Notes under the pieces: model-generated
What the model was told of the DNA's origin: nothing
Seen by the model: the letters and a program-made list of their open reading frames with translations, nothing else
Database searches by the model: none
Shown here: piece after piece, positions 42,228 to 52,991 of the stretch
How positions within the stretch are numbered: position 1 is the stretch's first letter
How the letters are laid out: each line of letters begins with the position of its first letter
Program-made: the position numbers and the translations under genes
From: Candidatus Poribacteria bacterium
GTDB lineage: Bacteria > Poribacteria > WGA-4E > WGA-3G
Length of the DNA: 64,000 nucleotides
NCBI GenBank assembly: GCA_965198235.1
Contig: OZ240248.1
Coordinates: forward strand, 3,776,001-3,840,000
Direction of reading: 5' to 3'

Positions 42228-43109
42228 TCATACTTCAGCGGTATATATTGGGGTGCCGCAGCTATGTGCGAACTGCCGAAATGCAGCAATTAATTTTTCT
42301 GTCACCTTTCCGGGCTGCCCGTTCCCGATGCCGCGTCGGTCTATTTTCACGACAGGTATAACCTCGGCGGCTGTGCCGGTTAGAAAACATTCATCCGCAA
42401 TGTAAAGGTCGTGTCGTGTAAAAACGCGCTCTTCAACTTGCATTCCAGCATCACGTGCAAGATCGATAACGCTGTTCCGGGTTACACCTTCCAGAATTCC
42501 CATGTGAACCGGTGGCGTGACAAGGACCTCATTCTTTACCCAGAAAATATTGTCACCGCTACATTCAACAACATAGCCTTCTGCATTAAGCATCAAGACC
42601 TCTTCTGCACCCGACTGTTTCCCTTCAATTTTTGCTAATATATTATTTAGATAGTTCAGCGACTTAATGCGTGGATTAATGGCTTCTGAATAATTCCTTC
42701 GAACAGAGGCAGTTACGATTTCCAATCCATCTTCATAGAATTTCTGTGGGTAGAGGGTAATTTTATCTGCAATAATAATGATGCTCGGCGTTGGACATTT
42801 ATCCGGATCGAGTCCGAGATCTCCTACGCCGCGAGTTACAACCAATCGAATATAGGCTTCCGTGAGATGATTGCGACGGAGTGTTTCCAGAACCGTTTCC
42901 TTCATCGTTTCAATAGGGATAGGGATCTGTAACATGATTGATTTCGCAGAATCGTAGAGTCGCTCAAGATGTTCATCGAGTTTAAAGACTCTACCGTTAT
43001 AGGAACGGATGCCTTCAAAAACACCGTCACCGTAGAGCAAACCGTGATCGAACACCGAGACCTTTGCTTCTGCTTTTGGTAAAAATTCTCCGTCGATGTA
43101 AATCAACAT
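42228..43109 (-). CDS. ilvE: Branched-chain amino acid aminotransferase
   Basis: DHGLLYGDGVFEG, KSLNYLNN, LEGVTR, FLTGTAAEV. Confidence 0.93.
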   Translation of the reverse strand: MLIYIDGEFLPKAEAKVSVFDHGLLYGDGVFEGIRSYNGRVFKLDEHLERLYDSAKSIMLQIPIPIETMKETVLETLRRNHLTEAYIRLVVTRGVGDLGLDPDKCPTPSIIIIADKITLYPQKFYEDGLEIVTASVRRNYSEAINPRIKSLNYLNNILAKIEGKQSGAEEVLMLNAEGYVVECSGDNIFWVKNEVLVTPPVHMGILEGVTRNSVIDLARDAGMQVEERVFTRHDLYIADECFLTGTAAEVIPVVKIDRRGIGNGQPGKVTEKLIAAFRQFAHSCGTPIYTAEV

Positions 43110-43319
43110 TTTTTAATTATGGCCTCCTGAGTTTTTTAACTATGGGGCTTTTTGGCCACCGCTCCATTACATTACGCGGTGGTTTCCGATGAACCTCAAC
43201 CCTATTAAGGATCTGAATATTTTTCTCTTTCTTAATTAACTGCACGACTTTAGAATATCAGTTTAGGATGATCAGAAACCTGCCCGTAATGAAATGGAGG
43301 GCAGTCCAGTGCCCCAAAA

Positions 43320-43997
43320 TTAAAAGACCTTTCCGTCAACGAGTTGGATAACCCGATCTACTTGTTGGGCGAGTTCTTGATTGTGGGTTACAATAACAAA
43401 GGTCTGCCCAGATTTGGAGTTTAAATCCCAGAGCAGTTCTAAGACCGCGTCGCTACTCCGCCGGTCAAGGTTACCAGTTGGTTCGTCAGCGAGTACAATC
43501 TTCGGTTGATTAATCAGTGAGCGGGCAATCGCGACGCGTTGCCGTTCACCACCAGACAATTGACTTGGGTAGTGCGAAAGCCTTTCGGATAGCCCAACGT
43601 AGTCCAGCAATGACTCTGCCTCTTTATAAACCATTTTATTATTTGATGATGTAATTAAGGCACCCATTGCGACATTTTCAAGTGCTGTAAATTCCGGTAA
43701 TAAGTGATGAAATTGAAACACAAAGCCAATTTCTTTGTTCCGAAATCGAGCAAGTTCTGTATCGGATAGTGTGAATACATCTTGTTCGTCGTATAAAACG
43801 CTTCCTGCTGTTGGCCTGTCAAGTGTTCCAATAATATGAAGCAACGTGCTTTTCCCTACGCCTGATGCTCCCACGACTGCGAGTAATTCTGACATGTATA
43901 TTTCAAGGTTGATGCCTTGAAGAACAGGCAGTTCCGACTCGCCATCATAGTAGGACTTGTGTAAATCTACGATGCGGATAAGTGTGTCTCTATTCAT
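43320..43997 (-). CDS. lolD: Lipoprotein-releasing ABC transporter ATPase
   Basis: GASGVGKST, FVFQFHHLLPEF, LSGGERQR, ADEPTGNLD; follows lolC/E. Confidence 0.9.
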   Translation of the reverse strand: MNRDTLIRIVDLHKSYYDGESELPVLQGINLEIYMSELLAVVGASGVGKSTLLHIIGTLDRPTAGSVLYDEQDVFTLSDTELARFRNKEIGFVFQFHHLLPEFTALENVAMGALITSSNNKMVYKEAESLLDYVGLSERLSHYPSQLSGGERQRVAIARSLINQPKIVLADEPTGNLDRRSSDAVLELLWDLNSKSGQTFVIVTHNQELAQQVDRVIQLVDGKVF

Positions 43998-45450
43998 GTT
44001 GTAAGGCTTCAACCGGTTTCAGGTTTGCCGCTTGCCATGCCGGGTATAGCGTCGCAAACCAACAGATTAAAAATGAAAGCACATTGATGAAAACAACAAA
44101 GAACCAATTCACCTGTATCGGCAGTTGATTCATCTGATAGACTTGACTTAGCCCAAGATCTGCGAGCGAAATTGGTGTAACAGCACAGTAGAGCACGAAT
44201 CCAATCGCAATGAGCCATAAAAGACTGATTGCGAACATCCATCCCTTACGGCGTGGTATTATTCGCCTCAGAGCAATTAGCACTTGTAGGAAAATTGGCA
44301 CAATGAGTACAACGGCGTACCAGTAAGACGGACGCGCTGAATTGTAACTCAGAAGCCAACAGAGAATAAGTCCCAGAACTGTGCCGAATATCGTTCCAAG
44401 CATCCCGATGACACTCCCTTGAATCATGAAAATCCGCATAATGTTTCCGCGTGAAGTACCGAGTGTCCGTAGTGTCCCGACATCTTTTGTCTTTTCCATC
44501 ACGGTCATGATGAGTGTGCTTGCGATGTTAAAGGATGCGACCAAGATGATAAGTGCTTCAATAATGACAGTTGCTATCTTTTCCAATCGAAGTGCTGAGA
44601 AGAGTGGTGCCTGCATTTCCATCCACGTTCTGGCATCCGGCATTCCTTCTAAGACGGAGAAATGAACTTTATCCTCAATCCGCCGGGCGATCCGAGGGGC
44701 TAATTCCGCATCGGTTAATCGAACGAAGATCGTATTTACCCGATTCTCTTTGTTATACATCTTTTGAGCGGCTTCTAAATGAATAAACCCGAAGTTGTTG
44801 TCATAAACCGCCAGCTCCGACTCATAGAACCCAGTCACAACGAAGTTCGCCAAGTCCGGTATGAGCATCGACTCGTTCACAGGGTGTTTCGCAAGGTTCA
44901 CGATGAGTCGCAGCAGGTCACCTTTAATGACCCCGAGGCGAGCTGCCAAACGTCCCCCGAGTACAATCCCACCTGTGATAGTTTCATCTCTGATGAGTCG
45001 AGCGGCTTCAATAAACTGGGAGTCTTGGAACGCAGTTGAGCCATCCACGAATTTTGAGAAGCCAGTGACTTTGTCTTCCTGAACTGGGTCGATGCCCTTG
45101 ATGTAAATTACGTCCTGAATGGTATTGCTGCGTTCCTGAAAAACAGCACTTTGTGCCCAAACAACAGGTGATGTGGCTACGACTTCGTCAATTGTCTCAA
45201 TTTGTGAAATACGTTTTTGGTAATCACCAAAGAAACTGTTATCGTGCAGGCGGAGGACGACGTGCGCCTCATTTGCGAGGAACCTATCCTTAAGCCCCTG
45301 TTCAACACCGTCTAATATAGCACTTACGAGTATTACTGTTGCCACACCAAGCGCGACACCCCCAATGGAAATAGTACTGATAATTGAAATAAAGGATTGT
45401 TTGCGTCGTGAGCGTAGGTAGCGGGAGGCTACGAACCATTCAAATCTCAT
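43990..45450 (-). CDS. lolC: Lipoprotein-releasing ABC transporter permease LolC/E family
   Basis: FVASRYLRSRRKQSFIS, FNIASTL.M.V.EK..D, YPAWQAA...PVEAL. Confidence 0.88.
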   Translation of the reverse strand: MRFEWFVASRYLRSRRKQSFISIISTISIGGVALGVATVILVSAILDGVEQGLKDRFLANEAHVVLRLHDNSFFGDYQKRISQIETIDEVVATSPVVWAQSAVFQERSNTIQDVIYIKGIDPVQEDKVTGFSKFVDGSTAFQDSQFIEAARLIRDETITGGIVLGGRLAARLGVIKGDLLRLIVNLAKHPVNESMLIPDLANFVVTGFYESELAVYDNNFGFIHLEAAQKMYNKENRVNTIFVRLTDAELAPRIARRIEDKVHFSVLEGMPDARTWMEMQAPLFSALRLEKIATVIIEALIILVASFNIASTLIMTVMEKTKDVGTLRTLGTSRGNIMRIFMIQGSVIGMLGTIFGTVLGLILCWLLSYNSARPSYWYAVVLIVPIFLQVLIALRRIIPRRKGWMFAISLLWLIAIGFVLYCAVTPISLADLGLSQVYQMNQLPIQVNWFFVVFINVLSFLICWFATLYPAWQAANLKPVEALQHE

Positions 45451-45569
45451 ATTTTTAACTTTGGGCTTCTGGGCATCCACCAGCAAGGCGTTGCACATCC
45501 GCCGCATCTTCAAGTGTAAGCGACCGAAGTAGCAGTCTTTCTGTAAGGAGGGGCGGCGCGGTTTTCATA

Positions 45570-47060
45570 TTAACTTTCTGGACGCATCTGTGGAAACAGG
45601 ATTACGTCTCGGATGGAGTATTGATTGGTTAGCAACATTGTAAGCCGATCGATACCGATACCGAGTCCACCCGTCGGTGGCATGCCGTATTCCAAAGCGC
45701 GTAAGTAATCTTCGTCCACCATGAAGGCTTCATCGTCCCCCGCTTCTAAACTGTTCGCCTGCTCAAGAAACCGTTGACGTTGATCAATCGGATCGTTGAG
45801 TTCGCTAAAAGCGTTTCCAACCTCCATTCCGCAGATAAAAAACTCAAAGCGTTCAACGAACTCTGGATTATCGGGCTTCTTTTTTGCAAACGGTGAGACT
45901 TCGATCGGGTGATCCGTTATAAATGTTGGCTGAATCAGTTTCGGTTCCACAAATTTGTCAAAGAGTTCAGCGATTATCTTCCCTTTCGTCTCGTCACCTA
46001 CCAGGTCAACACCGACGTTCACTGCTTTCTTGTATAAATCATCCGCTGAGAGTGGAACGGGATCTATACCGCTGTATTCCCGAACTGAATCCACCATGCT
46101 CAGCCTGCGCCAAGGGGGTGTGAGGTCGAGTTCATGTTCTTGATAATGAATCTTCGTTGTCCCGTGAATGATTTTCGCGGTGTCAGCGATTAGGGTTTCA
46201 GTGAGCTCCATTATCTGGATATAGTCAGCATAGGCTTGGTAGAGTTCAAGCATTGTGAATTCGGGATTATGATCCCTGTCCATTCCCTCGTTTCGGAAAT
46301 CACGAGAGAACTCATAAACACGATCGAACCCTCCTACGATTAGACGCTTGAGGTAGAGTTCATTTGCGATACGCAGGTAGAGTGCTTGCTCCAATGTGTT
46401 ATGATACGTCGTGAAGGGACGAGCGTTTGCACCACCATAAATTGGTTGAAGGACGGGGGTTTCTACTTCAATAAAATTTTGCTCATTAAGCATGTCACGT
46501 ATCGCTTGAACAATTCGTGTCCTTTTAAGGAATACGTCCTTCACCTCAGGGTTCATGATGAGGTCTGCGTAGCGTTGTCTGTAGCGTGTTTGTTTATCTT
46601 GTAAACCGTGCCATTTTTCAGGGAGCGGTCGGACAGATTTTGAAAGGAGATGGACAGCGTCAACAAGGACAGTGAGTTCACCCGTGCGCGTCCGGAAGGC
46701 TGTTCCCTCGGCACCAACAATATCACCCGTATCAAAGCGTCGATATGCTTTGTACGGCTCTGCTCCTACATTGTCCCGTCGGACGTAAATCTGAATTCTA
46801 CCTTCACCGTCTTGCAGGTGTGCAAAACTGCTTTTTCCGTGGTCGCGTTTCGTCATGATCCGACCGGCAATTCGGATCTTCTGAGTTTCGTCAGGTGTTT
46901 CTTTAATGTCAGCAAAGTCTCTATGGATGGCGGAGGTCGTGTGTGTAGGTTCATATTTATGCGGATACGGTTCTACGCCAAATTTGCGAATTTCATCCAA
47001 CTTCTCGCGACGTTGCTGAATTAGGTCCTTTGTTTCTTCCACAGTTCTTCCCCTTTTCAT
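45570..47060 (-). CDS. lysS: Lysyl-tRNA synthetase class II
   Basis: RYRQRYADL, GGANARPF.T, FRNEG, HNPEFT, EYGMPPTGGLGIGIDRL. Confidence 0.97.
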   Translation of the reverse strand: MKRGRTVEETKDLIQQRREKLDEIRKFGVEPYPHKYEPTHTTSAIHRDFADIKETPDETQKIRIAGRIMTKRDHGKSSFAHLQDGEGRIQIYVRRDNVGAEPYKAYRRFDTGDIVGAEGTAFRTRTGELTVLVDAVHLLSKSVRPLPEKWHGLQDKQTRYRQRYADLIMNPEVKDVFLKRTRIVQAIRDMLNEQNFIEVETPVLQPIYGGANARPFTTYHNTLEQALYLRIANELYLKRLIVGGFDRVYEFSRDFRNEGMDRDHNPEFTMLELYQAYADYIQIMELTETLIADTAKIIHGTTKIHYQEHELDLTPPWRRLSMVDSVREYSGIDPVPLSADDLYKKAVNVGVDLVGDETKGKIIAELFDKFVEPKLIQPTFITDHPIEVSPFAKKKPDNPEFVERFEFFICGMEVGNAFSELNDPIDQRQRFLEQANSLEAGDDEAFMVDEDYLRALEYGMPPTGGLGIGIDRLTMLLTNQYSIRDVILFPQMRPES

Positions 47061-47087
47061 TTTATTTTTTAGGATAGACCGTTGCTA

Positions 47088-47515
47088 TACTTTATAGTAA
47101 AGTTTGGACAATTTGTGTCGGTTAGCCATTGCGTTTTTCAGTATCTTCGTATTTTTCTACGAGTTTGGTGTTTCGACGTAACGTGGAAAAAAACCTATTT
47201 ACGTTCGACTCGCGTTAGTATAAACATAGCAAGCCGAAGAAAGTGCGTTTCCATCTGTATCCTTTTTCTATAGACATATCACCCCTACGGGGTGGGGCTT
47301 CCCATATTCAGTGGGTCTCGCCAATACAGATGTTGCTTCTCTTTGCTCCAGCGGAGCAATATGTCTATAGTCCTATGTCTGAAAAATTGTCCAAAGCTTA
47401 GTACTTTATAGTAAAGCCCACAATTATTTGGACACGGAGGACCAGGTTAGCGAGTTTTGGGCAGGCACAAGACCGGCCCCTACAAGTGTTCACTTATTTT
47501 CGGGTTTCACTATAA
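47088..47515. repeat. Composite intergenic repeat region (direct TACTTTATAGTAAAG copies, inverted TATAGACATAT arms, GTAG REP near 47460-47484)
   Basis: Direct reading; related pieces near 27266 and 37751-37775. Confidence 0.55.
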
Positions 47516-47571
47516 TAATATTTTAATAATTATACCTTAGTTTCGTCCATAAAGCAACCAAAAAAGCAGTA

Positions 47572-48676
47572 TTATTTCTGCTGAGCCTTCATTTTGAGGT
47601 AGCTTTCGATGAAGGGGTCTAAAGCACCATCCAACACAGCGTTAACATTACCCGTTTCGACATTTGTGCGCAAATCCTTGACGCGTTGGTACGGGTGCAG
47701 GACGTACGACCGAATTTGGCTCCCAAAGTTAATTTCTAAGCGTTCGCTTCGCTGCTTTGAAAGTTCTGCCTCCCGTTCCGCACGATATTTCTCATGAAGA
47801 CGGGAACGGAGTAATTTCATAGCGATTTCTCGGTTCTTATGCTGCGAACGTTCATTCTGGCATTGGACGATAATTCCGGTGGGTTTGTGTGTAATCCGAA
47901 CTGCTGAATCTGTGACATTGACGTGCTGCCCACCCGCACCGCTCGCGCGATAGAAATCTATCCGTAAGTCTTCGGATTGAATATCCACTTCCACGGTGTC
48001 GTCGATTTCAGGGGTCACGTCGATAGCGGCGAAGGAGGTATGCCGCCGCTTGTTGAAATCGTAGGGGGATAACCGAACGAGCCTATGCACGCCCGCTTCT
48101 GCTTGAAGATAACCGTAAGCCGAAGCACCTGTAACGAGGATTGTTGTGCCTTTGATGCCGGCTTCGTCCCCTGCGGTGAGGTCTACGATTTCGGTCTGAT
48201 AGCCGCGCCGGTCGCACCAACGGAGGTACATACGCATCAACATCCCCGCCCAATCCTGTGCGTCAATCCCGCCAGCACCAGAGTGAATGTTGAGGATTGC
48301 GTTGTTCTCATCAAATTCACCCGTTAGCATTAAGCGGAGTTCCATCTGTTCGAGATCTCGTGTGACAGTGTCCAATCCGTCGGCAATCTCGTTTTGGAAA
48401 CTCCCATCGTTCTCTTCGGTCGCGAGTTCGAGCAGGGTTTGGATATCTTCAACTTTGAGAGCGAGGTCTTCGTACGCCCCAATTTCATCTCGGAGGATGG
48501 AGATTCGTTGGTTAACTTGTTGAACGCGTTGCGTATTGCTCCAAAAATCAGGAGCAATTGTCGCCTCTTCAAGTTCTGTTAATTCTTTTCGTTTTTCAGC
48601 CAGGTCAAAGATAACCTCTGAGTTCTTGGAGGCGGGTCTGCATCTCTTCAGCCTGGTTTTTTAAATCTACAAGCAT
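47572..48676 (-). CDS. prfB: Peptide chain release factor 2 with programmed +1 frameshift
   Basis: ATG at 48676, AGAGGT-TAT-CTT-TGA-C slippery site at 48604-48619; the +1 frame joins the ORF containing SPY and GGQ motifs. Confidence 0.96.
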
Positions 48677-48704
48677 ATTGTTCCTCATGAATAGTCATGA
48701 ATAG

Positions 48705-50390
48705 TTAAGAATCTCTACGACGAACCCACATTATGATTTGACTGCCGAACCATCCAACGCAAATAAGGGCGCAAAGAATCGGAAACCAGTCGCCGTAGCG
48801 GGTATAGAGTGTCTGTTTGTGTTCCGTGGATGAGAGAAGTGGGACGGATGCGATGAGAATTTCCTGAGTGGTGTCAGGTGTAATCATGGGAGTCGTTATC
48901 CTACCAAACTTGTCTACGACGCACGTAAATCCACCATTTGCGCATCGGAACACAGCAATTCGGTTCTCAATCGCGCGGAAAGGTGCCATGGATAGATGCA
49001 GTTCGGGGAAAGCAGTCCCTTTGAACCAAGCATCGTTCGTGAAGATCCCCATCACTCTGGCACCCATTTTTACGGGGCTGCAAAATTCATCTGGAAACAC
49101 CGATTCAAAGCAAATCGAAGCACCGACCTCTATCTTCCGGGTGTTCGTCTTATTTTTAACGTCAAACACCGGTAAAAGGTTTACTGTTTTTCCATGAGCG
49201 AAAGGTTCAAACTGGATAAAATTGGGGATAAAATCCGGCAGGAGGTGTGCCAAAGGCACGTATTCACCAAACGGAACAAGGTGCATCTTCGCGTATGATC
49301 CATGTATCTTTCCATCTGAAGCTATCGAAAGGACGCGGTTGTATATTTCCGTATTTCCTTTTTCAGCATTTTTGGAAAATTGACCTATCGCTTTGTCTGT
49401 TTCTCCCTGGTTAGCCGTACCGAGGAGTATTGGAATCCCTATATCACGAAGCATCTGCGAGAATCTTCTGTAATATGTTGGCCACTCGCCTGTCAATGCC
49501 CTACTTCGTGTTGCAGTTTCGGGCCACACAATTAACTCAGGGCCTTCTCTGCTGGCTTTATGCGTCAACCCGATATAGCGTTGCAGAATTTTTGGAAACT
49601 GACGGAGATCCCACTTTTGAAGTTGCGAGATGTTGCCGGGGATGAGCGCAACTTTTAAGGTTTCGACGTTTGTTTGAGTCGTTGCGTTTGTACCCTGGTC
49701 TAAGGAGTCAGCGTTCTGTAGTTGGAAGATCCCGTAACCGAAACAGAAAATCGTCAGGGTCAGTGGCAGGAGGACGGCACGAATTTCCTGTCGCCATTGG
49801 TGGCGGTTACAAAGCAAGGTAGCGATGCCGGCATTGAAAAGCATGATGACGAAACTGATACCGTGTACGCCAACAAGCGAGGCTATCTGTATTCCCGGTA
49901 GATTGTTCCATTGCGAGTAACCGATACTTCCCCATGGAAACCCCGTTATCATCCAACTCCGCATCCACTCTAATGCTGTCCAGATACATGCAGCGGACAG
50001 AGAAAACAGGACGTTAGAACGCCTCGGCACAAACCTCATCAGCACTGCGAAAGCAGCGAAATAGAGTGCTGTGTATCCCACTAATAGTAAGTACCCCACC
50101 ATTGTAGCAAAGATATTCGCATACGGATAGAGAAGCAGGATGGCGGGAAGCAGACCTGCGAAAAATAGAAAACCCGTTAGATAGCCAATCCAAAATGCCT
50201 TTTTCCAATCTGTTGCTCGCGTTAAGGCAATGAAGAATGGCACCATCGCGACCCAAGCAAACGGAAAGAGGTTTAAATTTGGGAAACTGAGGAACAGCAA
50301 CAGTGCTGAGAGTACCGCAAGTATCCAATGGTGGTAGCGTTTCAAATTTTTAATTTTACCTTGCGGTTCGGTGAGGTGGGTTTGATACAT
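48705..50390 (-). CDS. lnt: Apolipoprotein N-acyltransferase
   Basis: TGFPW..GYSQ, VWPET, KMHLVPFGEY, ICFE, TNDAWF, RAIENR. Confidence 0.95.
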   Translation of the reverse strand: MYQTHLTEPQGKIKNLKRYHHWILAVLSALLLFLSFPNLNLFPFAWVAMVPFFIALTRATDWKKAFWIGYLTGFLFFAGLLPAILLLYPYANIFATMVGYLLLVGYTALYFAAFAVLMRFVPRRSNVLFSLSAACIWTALEWMRSWMITGFPWGSIGYSQWNNLPGIQIASLVGVHGISFVIMLFNAGIATLLCNRHQWRQEIRAVLLPLTLTIFCFGYGIFQLQNADSLDQGTNATTQTNVETLKVALIPGNISQLQKWDLRQFPKILQRYIGLTHKASREGPELIVWPETATRSRALTGEWPTYYRRFSQMLRDIGIPILLGTANQGETDKAIGQFSKNAEKGNTEIYNRVLSIASDGKIHGSYAKMHLVPFGEYVPLAHLLPDFIPNFIQFEPFAHGKTVNLLPVFDVKNKTNTRKIEVGASICFESVFPDEFCSPVKMGARVMGIFTNDAWFKGTAFPELHLSMAPFRAIENRIAVFRCANGGFTCVVDKFGRITTPMITPDTTQEILIASVPLLSSTEHKQTLYTRYGDWFPILCALICVGWFGSQIIMWVRRRDS

Positions 50391-50626
50391 AGAGTACCTC
50401 TCCGTAGAGTCACCCTCCTAGCGCAAGCCTTTATAGGCTTGCGGGACAATGTTACGGGTTTACTGTTTAGTTTTATTTTTAATGCTGTAACCGAAAATGG
50501 TAGCCTGCATTCTCACTGCGAAGCAGGCGCAGGCGGATATAAGAAAAAACCTTCAAGGTGCATCTGGTGTTTTCATCGCTCAACCCAACCTACGCTTGGA
50601 TTTCTATTCTCAAACTCACGTTTACA

Positions 50627-52813
50627 CTAAAAAAGATCTGTCTTCAATAAGTGCGAGACTTTGATAAATACAATCCGCTCAGTGTCTCCTTCTACGGTAC
50701 GATTGTCGTTGTAGACGATAAAAAGATTGCTTTCAGGGCGGTATTCATAAGCGAAGAGCGCGAAGACCCGGCGTTCTTTTTCTAACGTGAATTCTGCACT
50801 GGCTCTCGCATACATACGCTGCGCAAACTGATAGTTCACGACAAAGCGACGCGTCCATTCGGAGAGTTCCCACGCTGTTGCATCGGGTTGTTTTTCATGG
50901 AGCCGCTGCAAGATGAACTCAAAACTGAGTTTGGCAGTCGGACGAATTGTGATTTCGGGACGGAGAAAGAAGGTGTCTTTATTATCACGGACACCGAAAC
51001 GTCCGGTGTTTCGGATCTGCACGTATTTGGGGGGGAACCATCCCATAAAGAACCGCGCGGTTCTATCTGTAAAGGGTTTGTTATCCTCATTAACGTGATA
51101 ATACCATTCGGGCCCGACGAGGAAAAAGAAGTCTTTAACGCTGAGGAGACTGCTAAAACTTGCCCTATGGTTTGTCAATTCACCTGCGTGGTTCGCGAGT
51201 CGTTCGTATTCGACTTCACCGCGAAGCCGTTCAACAGTGCCTTTGTACTGTTTATTATAGCGACTTCTGATCATTAATCCACGTCTACCCACGCGCGGGA
51301 CGAAGCCGGTTTCGGGGTTAAAGTGCTCCCCGATATCTGCGTAGATCGCATCTAACGAGAACACATTTGTCCGACGGGCAAGTTGGACAAAGACAAGGTC
51401 GTCCTCGGTGCTTTCTGCCATATCCAGACCCCCTGCTTTCCATTCTCTTGCGTATTCCAGATTAAGACTCGTAGCGGCGGGGAGTTGAATGCGTGCATCA
51501 AGTCCGCCTGCTCGATCGTAGATGGCACCGCGTTGTTTGTTAACGCCTAAAAACCCGACAGATGACGTTTTTCCAACTTCCCGTTGCAATCGCAAAACGG
51601 AGTAGTTATAGTTCGCGAGGGGCAATTCACCTATTGCTATTTCTCTATCAGGGTTTTCCGATCCCGCAACGGCTCCCACGAAAGCGAGATTGTACTTATT
51701 GAATTTCCCGATGACCTTTCCACCACCGAGCAGCGCTTCGACTTTTCGGCTGTAGAACAGGTCAAGCGGCATTTGAAAGAGTTCGTTTCCCTCGAGGAAA
51801 AACGGGCGTTTTTCAGGAAAACGGAGTGGGATATCGGTGAGATTCACGAGGTCGGGATCCGCCTCAATTTGTGCAAAATCTGGATTTATCGTCAGATCAA
51901 CGGTGAAGTCGGCGATCGGATACCGGATGTCTAACCCAAGGTCCGGTTTCACTGCGGCTGATGTTTCACCATCTCGCGGTTGCAGGACTTGTGGCTTTAG
52001 TGTGCCATACGGTTTGAACTTCACCGGTCGTTTGGTAACCAAACCTGAAATGGGAAGGTCTGTCAGATGTCCGAATTCTGAGACAGCGTACTGGCGTTCA
52101 CCCAAATCTGCCCAGGTCTGTTCTTCGGCGGGTGATTCGTCGTTTCGCCAAAAGTTGATACCCCAGGTTGCTGTTTCCATCCCTTTTGAAAATCGGAGTT
52201 CGGCAAACGGAATGGCGAATTCTGCTGTCCAGCTGTCTGTTCCTTTTGCGGCTTGACCTTGCCAGTCGCAATCCCATGATATGGCGGTGCCGATCATAGA
52301 CTGCCCCGTGCGCCTATTCGCGCCTTCGTTAATCAAGCGTCGATCGGTTTGTGTGCCGAGTGGGTTTAAGGCGAATGCATAACAGTTTCTGCCATCAAGG
52401 AAGGTATCGATTAAAACTTCAACGTGATCATCGGAAAAGAAGAAGGAGTCGCGCCGCGTTAGATTCGCTGCGAGCTTGTTCATGTCGGTCTTAAAGCATT
52501 CAAAGGCGACATAGAGGTTATTGGCATCGTAAGCGAGGTAGATAGTCGTTGGTTGTGTTGCTGGCTCACCCCGCTGTGGTTCAAATTGAATTAACTCACC
52601 GGTTTTGGCACTATTTTGCCAGCAGGTGTCGTCCAATTTCCCATCAATTTTTGGAGGTGTTTCTGTGCGGACTACTTTAATCGCGCGGTTCGTGAGAATT
52701 TCGGGGGCCTCGTCATTCGTGTCTGCAGGCAATACCTTAAGGCTCCACAAACAGAGGATGAGGTAGACTGCTAATATCAAATACGGGCTAAGCCGTGCCC
52801 TAATTGTTCGCAT
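50627..52813 (-). CDS. CBM9-like sugar-binding domain + DUF5916 outer-membrane beta-barrel protein
   Basis: PKIDGKLDD..W, WTAEFAIPF.ELRF, TINPDFAQIEAD, PEKRPFFLEG, FYSR; signal peptide. Confidence 0.8.
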   Translation of the reverse strand: MRTIRARLSPYLILAVYLILCLWSLKVLPADTNDEAPEILTNRAIKVVRTETPPKIDGKLDDTCWQNSAKTGELIQFEPQRGEPATQPTTIYLAYDANNLYVAFECFKTDMNKLAANLTRRDSFFFSDDHVEVLIDTFLDGRNCYAFALNPLGTQTDRRLINEGANRRTGQSMIGTAISWDCDWQGQAAKGTDSWTAEFAIPFAELRFSKGMETATWGINFWRNDESPAEEQTWADLGERQYAVSEFGHLTDLPISGLVTKRPVKFKPYGTLKPQVLQPRDGETSAAVKPDLGLDIRYPIADFTVDLTINPDFAQIEADPDLVNLTDIPLRFPEKRPFFLEGNELFQMPLDLFYSRKVEALLGGGKVIGKFNKYNLAFVGAVAGSENPDREIAIGELPLANYNYSVLRLQREVGKTSSVGFLGVNKQRGAIYDRAGGLDARIQLPAATSLNLEYAREWKAGGLDMAESTEDDLVFVQLARRTNVFSLDAIYADIGEHFNPETGFVPRVGRRGLMIRSRYNKQYKGTVERLRGEVEYERLANHAGELTNHRASFSSLLSVKDFFFLVGPEWYYHVNEDNKPFTDRTARFFMGWFPPKYVQIRNTGRFGVRDNKDTFFLRPEITIRPTAKLSFEFILQRLHEKQPDATAWELSEWTRRFVVNYQFAQRMYARASAEFTLEKERRVFALFAYEYRPESNLFIVYNDNRTVEGDTERIVFIKVSHLLKTDLF

Positions 52814-52859
52814 TGATTTATATCTTCAGAGCCTCCTTTTGGTGTCAAATTATATTACG

Positions 52860-52888
52860 ATTTTAGCGTGTATCTATTTTTCTGTCAA
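52860..52888 (-). promoter_or_regulatory. Putative sigma70 promoter of the DUF5916 gene
   Basis: Minus strand TTGACA-17 nt-TAAAAT. Confidence 0.55.
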
Positions 52889-52917
52889 TATCAAAAAGGA
52901 AAGGGTGCGGAGGCATT

Positions 52918-52986
52918 CAGTTATCGGTTGTTCATTGTCTGAATCGCGGATTCTCGCGGATGCCGCAGATTGCGCGGATTTTAGGG
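52918..52986. repeat. GTCTGAATCGCGGAT + 9-nt CGCGGATTT-type tandem unit; direct copy at 55020-55101, inverted copy at 25173-25230
   Basis: Shared core at 52937-52951 and 55044-55058. Confidence 0.75.
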
Positions 52987-52991
52987 ACTCC

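Noticed and set aside
48376-48676. prfB as a truncated gene or pseudogene
   Set aside because: The canonical CTT-TGA-C programmed frameshift with an upstream SD-like sequence restores the full RF2.
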